NCBI RefSeq assembly: GCF_003704095.1
Contig: NW_020846920.1
Location: 1 to 64,000, forward strand
DNA: 64,000 nucleotides
DNA from: Pocillopora damicornis
Lineage: Eukaryota
Direction of reading: 5' to 3'
Shown: positions 27,215-40,027 of the stretch, piece after piece
Numbering within the stretch: the first letter of the stretch is position 1
Layout: each line of letters starts with the position of its first letter
Translations under genes and position numbers: made by a program
Notes under the pieces: model-generated
The model's database searches: none
The model's input: the letters and a program-made list of their open reading frames with translations, nothing else
What the model was told of the DNA's origin: nothing

Positions 27215-30200
27215 TTATGTTTTCCACACGTCAGCTCCACGTGTTTTCTTCACTGCCTTGAACCCTTTGCTAAACGGAAGTACCTGATGCTTTTTAATCG
27301 TTTGCAGTGCACCAGCGGTGTTCCCTATAGAGACAACAAAACGGTGTCATTCAGCCGCGCGCTCTTTTTAAGGTATTCCGAGGAGTTTGGGGCTGCTCTT
27401 TGAAACTCAAGAAGTGACAGCCGATCACAGTTACTACAATCAATTTGAACGGTTTTGTCACTTCTCTCAAGAGCTCTAATTTTATCGACGCAATAACGAT
27501 TCTCATCAGTCAATTAGCCATACGAAGATCGCAAGTTAGCGCAGCTCTTACTGACTTACCTGCATCAGTATATTACTTTAATTTAACAGAAGCGTAAGCC
27601 AGATGTAAAGGCTTTAAAATTTTATTTTTTTGCGACTTCCCGATGTGTTGTGCATCCTGATAAGGATGCAAGCGTATCTGAAAGAGCGCTGCGGTCGGCT
27701 TGAAAATATTGACAATAGAAAGTAAAGAAAACACACACTCACCGCTTTGAAGCTCTATGTACACGGCCAGTAAAACAACGCGTGCAGAGAAGTCTTTAGA
27801 ATAACCGAGAGAACAGGCCTACAGAAGAAACAAAGCTGTGGTGATCCTCGAGATTTTCAACTAAATAACAACGAAAGGACAAAAACTCAACCATTCTGCC
27901 TGAGGTTTAAGATGAACTTACGTTTTTGCCTGGGGAGAGGCGGGACGGGGGAAACTAAGGGACAAGGTGAGAGGTTCCCAGGTTCTCCTTACACTCAAGG
28001 CACAATGCCGAATACGACGTATCTAGACATCACAGCTCACGAAGACCAAGTTATTCCCTTTTTAGGTTTCTCTTTCGTATACAATACTAAGCATTTCCAT
28101 GAGCTTAAACAGTTGAGGCTGACTGCCATATATGACTTACTGAAAGGCTATAATGCTTCATCTCTTTGGCACAGACTTGCAGGTGAAACTAACTAGTTGC
28201 ACTCGACGCCTTTGAGTGTATTCATCTTTAATGCTTGGCTACCTTTTGTTAAGGGAACTCTTGGTAAAACTTTGTTTTATAGTTTGTATGAATTACCTGT
28301 TGTAAGCACTTCCGTGCCTTATCAAACTCGCTCCGTAAACTGTACACCCCGGCTAGATTAACAAGGAAAGAGGAACGGGCTTCATTTAATGTCTCTGGAA
28401 AAGTCATCTTCTCACAGGCTGTTGAATAAACAGACGAGGAAAGGTAAAATTATTTGAAGGCCTAAAATGAAAAAATGACGCCAAAGGAGTTTGAACAAAC
28501 TAAGCGAGCGCGCGCGAGCTAAAATATCCTAGCTAATAGTATCCTCGTTTAGCCCGCTTTCACTCCACGACCTCACTCTCAAAGTACCTTCATCCAACCA
28601 AAAATTTATATGGGTACTACTGGAATGTCAAGGAAACTAAACCATTCACTGAGTGGTAACCAGCAAATAGACTTGCATCTCAGTGAACTTAACAGTTGGG
28701 GCTAACTGCCATATATGACTTACTGAAGAAGACGCAATATTCCCCGTTGCTTCATCCCCCTATTAACCATCAGTGACAAGATATTAGGGCCTGGTTGTTC
28801 AAAGGGCGAGTAACACTATCTAACGCAGAAATGGCTGTCCAGTTACTGCCAAAATCGTGCTGCGCTATCTGTTAGATAGAGATTTATCTAATGGAGAACG
28901 TCATCCACCCCTCGAACATCCGGGGTCAGGCCGATAACTGATAGTAGTAATCGCAGGTGTTTATGGAAAGGGATTTTTCTTACCGCGAGGCTTGGTCGTT
29001 TCCTTTTCCTTATCAACATTCTCCCCTGATACAACTGCGAAAGAAAATGGAAATATGACGGCCGAAAAACATGGCAAACAACACAAATTTCAGTAAAATG
29101 AAACTGAATAACATAATAAAAAAATATTGAACACTCGGATCAATGTCAGTATCTAAGCAACTGCGCACGTACCCCTCCCCTAACCCAACAATAGTCAACT
29201 GATAACAAGTCAAGGTTAATGTTGGGTAAGGAGGGGGGGGGGGAATAGATCCGCAGTTGCTAATACACTCACATTGATCCCGAAACTCCTCCAAAGTACA
29301 ACCAAACTTTGTATATCAAGTGATGAGGCAAAATACCTTCCGCAGTAGTACTGGCCGGGATGATGTTAATGTTGTTGATATTATCAGGTGACAAATGCAT
29401 TATAGCTTCCGGTAAACGATTCAGTTTGATCAGAGCTTCAGCAGCGTACAAATGGCCGAGAAACCTTTAATAAGGGAGAAGACAATCAAACAAATAGCAT
29501 CTTTAATTAATGAAGATCTAGGTAAAAGGATAATAACTATGTTACATTTCCACTTACCTGAGTGCTCCTACAAGATTGGATTGTGAGAGAAGTTTCTGCG
29601 CATGTACTAAGGCCATCACATTGTCACCCAGTCCCAGCGCGACATAAGCACTGCACGCTAGAATGGAGCACCTGTAATGACACGAAACATTACCAATCAA
29701 CATCTGCAGAAAGCACCAAAGGAATTGAGCCATGTTGTTTATTAGCAAGGGACTTGGAACGAAAATTCAAACCAACTCGATCAAAAATTTAGCCCTTTTT
29801 TTTTTTTTGCAGCTGTCTAGTTTGGGTGCCGATTTTTTTTTCAACGCTTCGCCGACGTAGACTACCTTTTTCTCGAATCACATTCAAATTTAACAATCTG
29901 TATATTTCGCGTTTCAAATTAATCGAACCCAATCGATATCGGGCATTCGTATTCCGTCCACAACTTGTTAAAAACATGTATAATAAGAATTCTAAACACG
30001 TGACTCCATTAGCAACCGCTGTTCGGGAAATGAGCCAAAGCTCTGGAACGGTATTGGAGCCTACCCAAACAGGAATAACATAGATAAAGGAATACCTATA
30101 AGTTTATTTCGATCATCTTTTGCCAGTAATAAGAACATTCCCCGGAACATAACAATGTCTTACTCTTCTTTATATTTTACAGATCAATTCCCAAGCAAAA

Positions 30201-31408
30201 TATGCTCGAGTTAAAACTCCTGTTTTGGTGTCTAAACCCAATGACAGACACGGACTGCTTCATGCTGCTGCTAATGTGCACACTTACCTCAAGTGTGGAA
30301 GCTCACGAAGTTTTACCGGTGGCCCGGGGGGAGCTGGGATACTTGTCTCACTCTGAATTGAGGAGGACCGACTTAAGCCACCACTGTCACTGCAACATGA
30401 CACAATTATGTAAATACAAATATTTGAACTGATTCGCAAGGCAGTAAACATGACGGTAACAAAAACTGTTCCCAAAGTATCATGGCAGAGGTATTGGCAA
30501 AAGGACATATGTCTTTCAGTCTTGTCACGAACTTGGGACGATGTAAAATTAGAGTCCCCATGAAGAATCGAACCTCAGACCATTGAATTCTGCTCACCGA
30601 TGCTCCACCACTGAGCCACAGAGACCCTGCAGTGAGCTGATTCACCACTAAGTCTATATGTGACACAAGTCCTACATACCTTGAAGCGTCCGTTTCCTGG
30701 CCAAGTGAATCCTCCTCTTTTACTGCCTGATTCTCCTGCACACTCTCTGATTCATGGACTTGTGTCACCTCCCCACTTTTTAACAGCATCAGAGCATTTT
30801 GAAGACACAAAGACGCAAATGCTAGAGTACAGGCTGGCATTGCAGCAGACTGACCTCTGTTTTCTCTGTAAAGGAAATGCAACATGTAAGGCAATGTTTG
30901 TTTCTGCACCTTGCCTGACTTGTTTACATGCAGTTTTCACGAAGAATGAGGTCAAAGGAGGTGAATGATAGCTAAGTTGTTTCGACGCCCCAACCGTTAA
31001 GTGGCTCCTTTGACATCTACTGTTTTAAAATTCAAAAGAGAAAGAGCGTTCTTCTTTCCCAGTTTTCAAACTAGAAAAAAAAAAACTAAAATCTTCGTCA
31101 TAATTCTTGAAACATTCCCCCTTGTCAATTTTTGTAAAAGAAGAAATTGGAGGGCTCAAAAAATAGATTAACACTTATCTTTGAGAAGGGAGTGGAGTGT
31201 TTAAGTAAATTAGAATAGGGATGTGGACTAAAATAAACTAAACTGCTACTGTTTCACTTACTCAGTACCGCACTGTTTGTCAGTTTGAGGGGTAAGGACG
31301 ATCTTACGGTGAGGACCTGAACCCACAACATCCTGAACAACATCGCTCTTCTTGATGCACTGTTGTCTAAAGTCGTCCGACTGTGCAATGAGAAAAAAAT
31401 AAATCATA

Positions 31409-31455
<47 letters not shown>

Positions 31456-34400
31456 TATGTATATGTATATAGCACTGTTCCACCCTACGGGTCTTAAACT
31501 TAAATTAAAATTTATAAGGTCGAAAATGATGGTAAACTGTGTTCAATTAGTCATCATTATCCCATGGCACCTTGGAAAAAAGACTGAGGTTAACTTGTGT
31601 AAAAAAAAAAACCAAACAAACAAACAAACAACCAAAAAGATAAATACAGAAAGGGGTGCGATGCAAGGAAATTTCGAGCTCATTCTCTCTGGGACAAGTG
31701 CGTTCAGTTGCCTTTAAAACACTAACTTTAAGCCTCTAACCATTTTGTAAGCTCTGCCATGAGAACGCGACTAACTCCTGAAAGATAGCACCAGCGGCTA
31801 AATACAATTCCCTATCCAAAAAGCGGTTTAAAATTAAAATATTATTTCTTATCCAAATGACGGAGTAAATATAAGAAGTCTTGGGCTGGTGGTAACAAAA
31901 TATGTAACCTACCAACTGGAAGGCTACAATACAGCACTCAGCAAGTCGAAGCCACAGTCGAGGATTTGTGTGGTATATTTGTACAGCTTCAACCAGGCAA
32001 TCAAAAGCAACAACGGGTCGGCCAGAAAACAGCAGTTGAATTCCCAAATTATAAAGGATCTCGTGACGGCGGCTAACACCAAGGGTCACTAAGGTGCGGC
32101 TGGAGACAGGGGCATCTACAGAGGTAATAGTTTTATACGAACAATGTTCACGTACATTTCCTGCCTATTAACTACCCATCCTCTCCAGCGACCCCCCCAC
32201 CCCACCCCCCATACAGCAGCACCGATCATTCAGAAGAAATTGGCTTCTACGTTCCAATAAAAACATCGTTAAAATAGTATTCTTTACAAAAATACCAAAC
32301 TATGTATACGACTTTTTGACTGACAAAGAAAGGTGACTGAACTGTTTACACTACAACAGTATATTCGATTACCGTAAAAACCACTTCTCCCTGACTTATA
32401 ACAAGGAAATAAACACGGAAAAATAAACATACTTTTGTCAACAGGAGGAAGCACGGAAAGGGCTTTGTTATTTTCCTGTAAAGACTTTCTGAAGTAGAGT
32501 GCAGCCAAGTTGTACTTGTGCATTTGGAAGTGAATACATCCCAAGTTGTTGTAATACATTGTGCTCACTGACTGGCCTCGATCCGTCAGATCGTTCGGTT
32601 TAGGAGCACTATTGAGCAGCTTGATGGATTTCCGAAAATTCTGACGCAGGAATTCAAAGTTGCTTTTGAGGAAAAGTCCTTCAGGTGTCTACGGAAAGAA
32701 TGTTGTCATTGTGAACTCTATTAAATGCAGGAGGTTGTATATTTTGTTTAGTGCAAGGTACAATGTATGACTCTGACCCACCTAACCACCGAATCAGCCT
32801 GATCATACTCCTTCAAGCATTTTCGTACTCAATAGATTCGTCTACGAGCGTGACAGATTAATCATTGGCCGATACTGAGGAATATCGTTGTAATATTCCC
32901 CAAGAGACATTCTCCAATTATCAAAACTTTGGTTCGACACGATGATAGGCGATTCTGCATGGTCAAAGCGGCCAAGTAATAAGAGGGGTACCCCACCTAG
33001 TGCATAAATCGCAAGAAATGAAAAGTTGATTCACATTTGTGACAATCTTTCAGGCTCTATCATGCCGTTCTCCTTCCTTTGCAAGGCTGTTTTTGTAGAT
33101 GCGCAATGAGAACCGAAAGTGCTTACCATATTGTTCGCGTTAAGTACTGTCTTTATTTCGCGTTTGCAGGCTTTCATTGATTTTAGCAGGATATTCAGAC
33201 GAGCTTTATGCTGCAAGAAAAATCATAATTTAACTTTTGAGTGAATGAACAAGTGGAATCAGACATACTTTCAATCCTTCAGTCTGTGTGATACGTTTTG
33301 GTACCTGATGTATGTGTAGTTTTAGTGACTCGTCAACCTCCTTAATGGGTTGTGGTCCAGTTTGACTTCCAGGTCCAAGTTGAACTTGCAAACCACCTTG
33401 AATCATTTGAGACTTAAACAAAAATGAACAGCACATTGAGGATGATGTCTATGAATGTAATATTTTGCTAATTGTGACTAACAGCCAACTGTCTGCGCGT
33501 CGGAACATCCTACAATGCATAGAGAACCTTTATTTTGGTACGCAAACTTACCGACAGATCTCCCACAGATAACTGACTGTCAGTCATAGTCAGCCGACAG
33601 AGTTTTTAGTGAGTTGTTTTTCACAGTTACCGAATATAAGTACACTTTTAACGTAATGTCTAATCCTACGTTTTATTTAACAAAACAACAACGCAACATG
33701 ACTAAGAACAATTCAGTTTACTCGCAAAAATAGGAATACTGAAAATTGTGATCCAAAAAATGAAATGATTGTAGTGTATGGTTATGAATTCTATTCACTA
33801 TAGATCTCTTAATTCTTTTTTATTCTAGTTATAGAAAATTTTTCAAACATACCTGATGGCATCTAAGCAAATTTTGCACCCTACCATTTATCACCTCTGA
33901 CATAAAGTACAGAATTAAAGTAGAAATAGTACTTCTAAACTGTGCGACAACAACTACACGCACCCTATGATAAATGGGAGAGTATAACAGGGCGTCCGTG
34001 GGAGAGTATAACAGGGTAATTTAATATTATCAACTGAGTTGATAACGTAAGTTAGCCACCGTAAAGAATTTCAAAGCGTTTCGAGCATTAGCCCTTTGTC
34101 ATTTGCTCTGATGAAGGGCAAACACTCGAAACGTCGGCTTTGGAACTCTTTACGGTGGCCAATTTTCGTAATCAACTCAGTTGATAATACCAAACTAACC
34201 AACATACAACATACATGTATGACAGCTTTAGTTATCATTTACACAGGTTGTACCTCAACTGGTTTATTTGAACCAAACACCACAGCTTCCAACACTGACA
34301 GAACATTGTGAGCTTTATCAGCCTAATAAAATAATAAATATGAAAGAAAATTTTCGTTTAAAGAATTAACTATAATGTTATCACTTACTGCCGTAGATGA

Positions 34401-37400
34401 AAACATGTAAAATATTGAAATTTTTCAGATTCACTTAATTTGGAAATGAAATCTTAAGCCTTCTAGGGTTGTTTGTGCAACATCTACCATTCATCTCACT
34501 GTTTACCTCTTGTGGTACCTCTGCATATCTCCTTAGTTTTTTTTCTCGTGAATCTTACATTTGTCAGCCTTTCATACCCTTACATAAGTATTCATAATTT
34601 CCACACTGTTTTTTTTACATTTCCTATGTAGCTCTAACAGGGATAATTTGCTTGACAATCAGGAGCTTCTTAACCCTTTAACCTTTTAACTCCTGTTAGT
34701 GACCAAGACAGAATTTCTCCATACAATATTTATACAATATCATGTAAACAAGTGATGGGAATTAAGAAAAGTATCAGTTATAGGATTACTTATTGATCCG
34801 GTACCAAATTCTCCAAACAAACATAATGATACTTGATTGGCAGACAGTTAGGAGAATTACAAGTGAGATCTTGGGAGTTAAAGGATTAAACCGTACTAGT
34901 GACTTGCATCAAATTTCTCCTTACAATATCACCCCTGAATCACATGTTAAGATCATGAGAATAAAGGAAATGATCACCAACGAAAGAAGCTTTTGATTGG
35001 TAAACAAATTCTCCTTGTCAGCACCTAAGGAAATATATAAAGAGCTGTATAGAGAATATACATACTGATTTTAGGGTGTAAAGGGTTAAATTGATGATCA
35101 TTGTCTTTATTCTCATGACTTTTATATTTGATTCAATGGTGATTCTGTGAGAAAGAGTCAGAGGCAAATTACTCTTAGAGATTAAAGAACTGCAATGCTG
35201 AGGGAGTGGGCCTGGCAAACTTTGTCTTGGTGATAAAGTATTTTTTTTCTCTTTGGCTGTACATGTACAATGTTGGTTTGTATACAACTGTACATGTAAA
35301 GATATCATGACATATCTTAATGGAACAAGTATCACAAAATAGCTAAAAAATGATCTCTACCTCCCTTTCTCTTGAGAAAGGTAAGCTTTCAGTCATGAAA
35401 GAAAGCTACATGTAACAGATGAATCAAGCCCCTACCAGAAAACTAACCTTTAACAGCATGAGAACTACATTATTACAATCAAGACATATTACCTTGTAGA
35501 GTGTCAAGTAAATTTCACTGAGCAGGAAGCAAATTTTGTATCCAAGAGATTCCTCTGTGGAACAAGAAATACCAAAACACTGTAATGGAAACATCAGATT
35601 TTCCATGTAACCTGTTTACTAGCAAGATCTACAATGTACATGTAAATGCAAACACCCACAATGTTTCCCACACATTTCCTATAATTTTAGCTCCAACAGT
35701 TTGTTGTCAAACCAAACAATGTTCCAATTTGCTACTTGTATCTCTCTCTTCTCATCCCTTTTTGCTTGAGAAAGTATTGATCTTGTAAGAAGAAATTCCT
35801 TTTTGATCACTTCTGGGAGTGAAAAGATTAGTCAAAACAAAAAATTATGCTATGTTATCTAAGCATCAAATCCCAAAGGAACATATAACTTCTGAGTTAA
35901 TTCTATTACATGTTGACTTTTGCATAACATTTACTGATTTAAAATGCAATAATTGTAATTGCAATCAATATATTCACCAGTGAAATAGTTTAGATACAAA
36001 TTTTAAATACCTAGGGGTTCAACAATCTTAAACAGCCTCTCAAGAATTTGCAATGCTTTTGTGTACTGTCGTAACTGAAACAAGATAAATTCACAAATTA
36101 ATTGTTTACTCTCAATAAAGACAGAAAATATTCTGATCAACAGTTGGCTCATATATTCTTTCACCTTACATACAAAAATACTCTCTTTGTTTAAAGTTGG
36201 CTTACTTTGAATCCAAGCTTAAAAAAAGAAAGTTCAGTATTAGCTCTGCAGACTCACATGAAAGTAAATAACAGACTCGTTGTATAACAGGTGAGCTGTG
36301 TCAATGTCATCTAACTCTTCTCCAGTTTCACCACTCTCTTTCTCGATCTAGAAAATTAAAATCATTAACATATACAATAAATACAGCTGTAGAAAATTCA
36401 GCCTCCTTGACACCCCACCCCCTTTCCCCTGTTAGGATTTATTATTTTTGTAACATTTTTGTAATTACATCAATCAAGATGGCTGATATGATCTAAGCTT
36501 GGTTTCAATGATTATAAGAGTCTGAAGTAATATTTCTTGGCTATAAGATATGGTTTCAGATATTGCATGTACTTGTGGAAAATTATAAAGACATAAATAT
36601 AGTGGAAATTTGAACTCTTAAGGCTGGTTTTCATTTCAGAGTTGCAGTTGTAATCAGAATCAAAGAGCATACAATCTAGAGAAAATCAAACTGAAAAAAT
36701 TGGAAGAAAAATGTTGATGCCACTTATGACTTTGTCACTTAGCAACCAGTGAAAACTGGTATGTAGGAGTTGTAAGTCATTGAATAGCCTAAGAACTCCC
36801 AATGTGATTGGCTGAATCTGCCACTTCTGCTTGGGGCTTGGATATTCTGGTTTTCACTGGATCATAAGTGTTATAGTCATAAGCAGAATCAGAAGAAAAT
36901 GAAAATGATCTGATACTTCCAACTCCTATTCCATCCAGCTTATAAGCATGATTTTCAATTTTCACCAGATTGGAGGTTCTCTTACGACTCCAACTTGGAC
37001 TTAAACTCCATTGCCAGAGTAAAATCAGCCTTTAGTTACACATGTATTATATAATTATAATGCCAACAAATTAAGTACAAGTACTTTGCACAGTTTGAAA
37101 TAAACAAAAAAATAACCATAAACACCATAGATAACCCTTACATCTTGATCACTGGGGACTTCAAGAACTCATGCAATACTCACTTGTCTTCTTATCTGTA
37201 GTAAGTTACAGGCAAATTCCTCACTTCCTCTGCAGCTTGAGTGGTAAAATTGTGCCACTAGTTTGTTATGCTGAACCTTTGGATCATTTTTCCTTAACTC
37301 TGCAAGCTTGTTCAATGACATCAAACATCTGAAAACAAAAGCAAAACTTATTTCTTCATATGGCATAAAACAAGGATTGTGACATTAAAACATGCATACA

Positions 37401-37870
37401 ATTGCAGTCGACTTTGGATTCATAAATAGATTCTAACAGATGGTTGTATAGAATTAAGTCTTGAGTTACTTTGATGCCACATTAACTTCTTCCTCTGTTT
37501 CACAAGGTGATACAGGATAATTTTGAAGAAGGATTTAACAGTCTGTCAGAGGTCATGTAGGCCTTTTCTTTTCTCCATGCACCCCTTAAATTCCTGTGCA
37601 TCTGAAGAAAACTTTCAAAGGGGTCCTATATCTTGCCTTCCACACAGAATATATTGTCCATTTCCTCTTTAACATGAGCTTTGCATAAACCATTGAAACC
37701 AAGATTTATTTTCACCTCACCTTTTAATATATTTCATACCTGTCATATTGTTTACTTTCAAATTCAACATGAGCATTGTTTGCAAGTTCCCTCTCAGCAT
37801 CTGTCACACCAACTCTGGGAACAGGCTCCAGTAGACTGTCTATTGTGTTATCCAATGGCACCTCTGACAT
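27215..37870 (-). CDS. CNOT10: CCR4-NOT transcription complex subunit 10 (TPR protein)
   Basis: Coding exons (-): 37870-37740, 37328-37184, 36347-36258, 36074-36011, 35554-35493, 34322-34254, 33412-33305, 33210-33127, 32688-32433, 32115-31913, 31380-31262, 30865-30680, 30389-30288, 29671-29558, 29464-29337, 29025-28984, 28418-28297, 27818-27743, plus terminal exon 27324-27215. Motifs: [133 protein letters not shown]. An acceptor AG sits immediately before the ATG, so a non-coding 5' exon is likely (candidate donor near 38770). Confidence 0.95.
28788..28930. mobile_element. MITE-like element with imperfect terminal inverted repeats
   Basis: gggcctggttgttcaaa ... tcgaacatccggggtc. Related termini occur at ~22585-22600 and ~15415-15430. 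Confidence 0.5.
29137..29280. mobile_element. Palindromic MITE in a CNOT10 intron
   Basis: Termini ggatcaatgt...acattgatcc; inner arms agcaactgcg/cgcagttgct and ccctcccctaacccaaca/tgttgggtaagggaggg. Confidence 0.75.
30510..30670 (-). mobile_element. tRNA-derived SINE-like repeat in a CNOT10 intron
   Basis: The reverse strand reads gtggctcagtggtggagcatcgg (A box) ... gaggttcgattcttcatgggg (B box). It does not form a complete tRNA cloverleaf. Confidence 0.65.
31411..31470. repeat. (AT)n microsatellite
   Basis: About 19 perfect AT units followed by a degenerate tail. Confidence 0.95.
34005..34200. mobile_element. Palindromic Penelope-related non-autonomous repeat carrying a minimal hammerhead-ribozyme motif
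   Basis: Arms tattatcaactgagttgat...gccaccgtaaaga...gtttcgagcattagccctt and aagggcaaacactcgaaac...tctttacggtggcc...atcaactcagttgataata. Partial relatives lie at ~22750-22920 and ~46415-46590. Confidence 0.7.
34105..34138 (+). ncRNA. Minimal type I hammerhead ribozyme-like motif
   Basis: gct-CTGATGA-a-gggc-aaac-actc-GAAA-C-GTC-ggc: both catalytic core boxes, a short helix II with one mismatch, a GUC cleavage triplet and a 3-bp helix I. Confidence 0.5.
34670..35090. mobile_element. Adjacent piggyBac-like MITEs (TTAA-CCC...GGG-TTAA termini)
   Basis: ttaacccttta...gggagttaaaggattaa (~34670-34889), then a second unit ending agggtgtaaagggttaa (~35089). Further fragments run to ~35185 and occur at ~35650-35830. 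Confidence 0.65.
36620..37033. mobile_element. MITE with terminal inverted repeats
   Basis: aaggctggttttca ... gtaaaatcagcctt, with internal agtgaaaac/gttttcact sub-repeats. Confidence 0.6.
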
Positions 37871-40027
37871 CTTTTTTAAGAGAGTGATATAAAAAATTGT
37901 ATGAAATGCAGTGAGACTTGACATTTACAGAAATTGGGCAAGCATTATTACACTGCAATGTGGAGCCAGACAACATTATTTCATAGAAATTTCAAAGAAG
38001 CACATGAACAGTAACTGTGAGGTGAGTCAAAACTTTTACGATCAGCTTGGAAAGGTGATTCGTCCAAATCCAGGGGAAAAATTTGGAACAAAATTTGTCA
38101 GGCAAAATGAATTTGTGCAGTAAAATATGATTCCAATTATTGGATATCATTTAGCTTATTCAAATTCAAATTTAAGCGTTTGGTTACAAACAATTATTAG
38201 ACCTCAAAAGTCATGTCACCAAATCAAGAGGGAGATATTTGCAAAATACACTGTACTTCAAGTGACGTTACCATAGTTAGGCTAACCCAAGCGAATCAGC
38301 TGAAGAACTGATAATTTAGCCATACATCAACTTTTGCGTGAAAATGATATTTTCGAAGCTGACCCATGAGGTAATCGACAAGGAATCGGTAGAGGTAATC
38401 AATCGGACCAGAGATCAATTTCTTATCGCACGAACTATGTCGATAAAATTTTACTGAGCTCTACAGCTTATTAGACTTTAGCTCAGTCGGAAGATCTTCA
38501 TACAAATTTATAGCCTACCTTTATGACAGCAATCTCCGATCAATTTGAATCCAATAACTAAACAAGTACCCGTAGCTCAAACGTGTGGTGTCTAATGGTG
38601 ACTTAAGCGCCAGTAAAGGCTCAAGAGTTAAGAATCTTATAGGTCAGCGGCGCGTTAGAAAATGGTGGGATTGTTGTGTTAACAGGAATAGCATGCATAG
38701 CAAGCATGTACTCGTAAGATACATGCGGTTTTCCATACGAAATACTTTACAGGGTTTCGTCTAAACTTACCCTTTCACGTTTCAGCTCGAGGCGACTACC
38801 AGTGAGGTTTATATGAAATATGAAAAGTAATTCAATTTGAATTTTTTAAAATGGCATAAGTTTGCCATCGGAACAAAAGATACACAGTACTCGTCTCCCT
38901 GGCAAAAAAACCAACATTTGAGAAACTAAAACAGGCTCCCAAGACTTTAATAAAGGTCTCTTCCCATCTTCCCTTCCGAGTACCTACAGACTATCTCTCA
39001 CCACTACGATTATTATTACCATTTTTTTTTTTTTGTTTTTTTTTTGCAGCCTAGTCAAAGACATCTAAGAATATTGAAACTCCACTATTTTTAAAAACGG
39101 GAATCACATACAAACAAACACAATAACCAGCTTCACTTATCAAAATAAAAGAGAGTCGGATTATCTAACCGTACCGACTGTTCAAGTTGTCAGCTAAACC
39201 TATCGTGCGCACAAAAAGCAATTGGTAGCTTACGCGTAACAATGGTAGTGCACTAAGATCCCTTTTGAGTGCTTATTGACACGCCTACCCTCAGTATCTG
39301 GCCACTAATATCTTGAATCGAGGCCATCATCAAGTTAAATGCAATCTCTTCAAATTACATTTTGAAAATTCTGTTCCTTCCCCATTATAATACTTGTAGC
39401 CTAAGGGATATGAAATATTCAACAGTTGTAAAGATATCTTAAAATGTTCTTGTGTACATTAAAAATTATGGCCATGAAGTCGTCCACTCAAATATTCCTA
39501 GACAGTATTCTTTAATAATAAAAAGGCGTAAGGGCTTTTATTCAAAATGATTTTAATGTTTTTTGCTTTTCTTTCATTCAGGAAGGTGAAGAAAAATTAG
39601 GAAACCAGCCCGACAGTAATACCATCTCGTACGCAAGCTCGCTCTGAATAATTTAACATCATGGGGATATTCCAAGATTTACTCATTGTTTAAGATATAG
39701 ACATCGTAATCGTCGAAGCAAAGAAAATGATCCCACGCATTTAGCTCTTCACAAAATGTCTATTTCACCAATACCCTACGATCACTTTTCTGTTGCTAAT
39801 TTTGCATACATTTTTTTTTCATAATTTAAGTTAAGTTTAATTTCAAGCTGGCGGTCAGCACTTGCCATCAATTTCTCTTTGAATTAAATATATATTCTTG
39901 ATTTAAGATCTGTAGTAGTTAAAAGTCATAATAGTTGCTAAAGGAAAACAATTCAAATGCATGACTCTGTCTCTACTAAAGAATATACGTGTACACCGAA
40001 TGCAACACTGGTCAACGCTGTTTCGAA

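Noticed and set aside
30540-30625. tRNA gene (also 59745-59805 and 10320-10355)
   Set aside because: A/B boxes are present, but there is no proper acceptor or anticodon stem; these are better explained as SINE heads.
33853-33896. Extra 44-nt CNOT10 exon with AG/GT borders
   Set aside because: It breaks the frame and has an immediate stop, and the flanking exons join cleanly without it. It can only be a cryptic or poison exon, and nothing else supports it.
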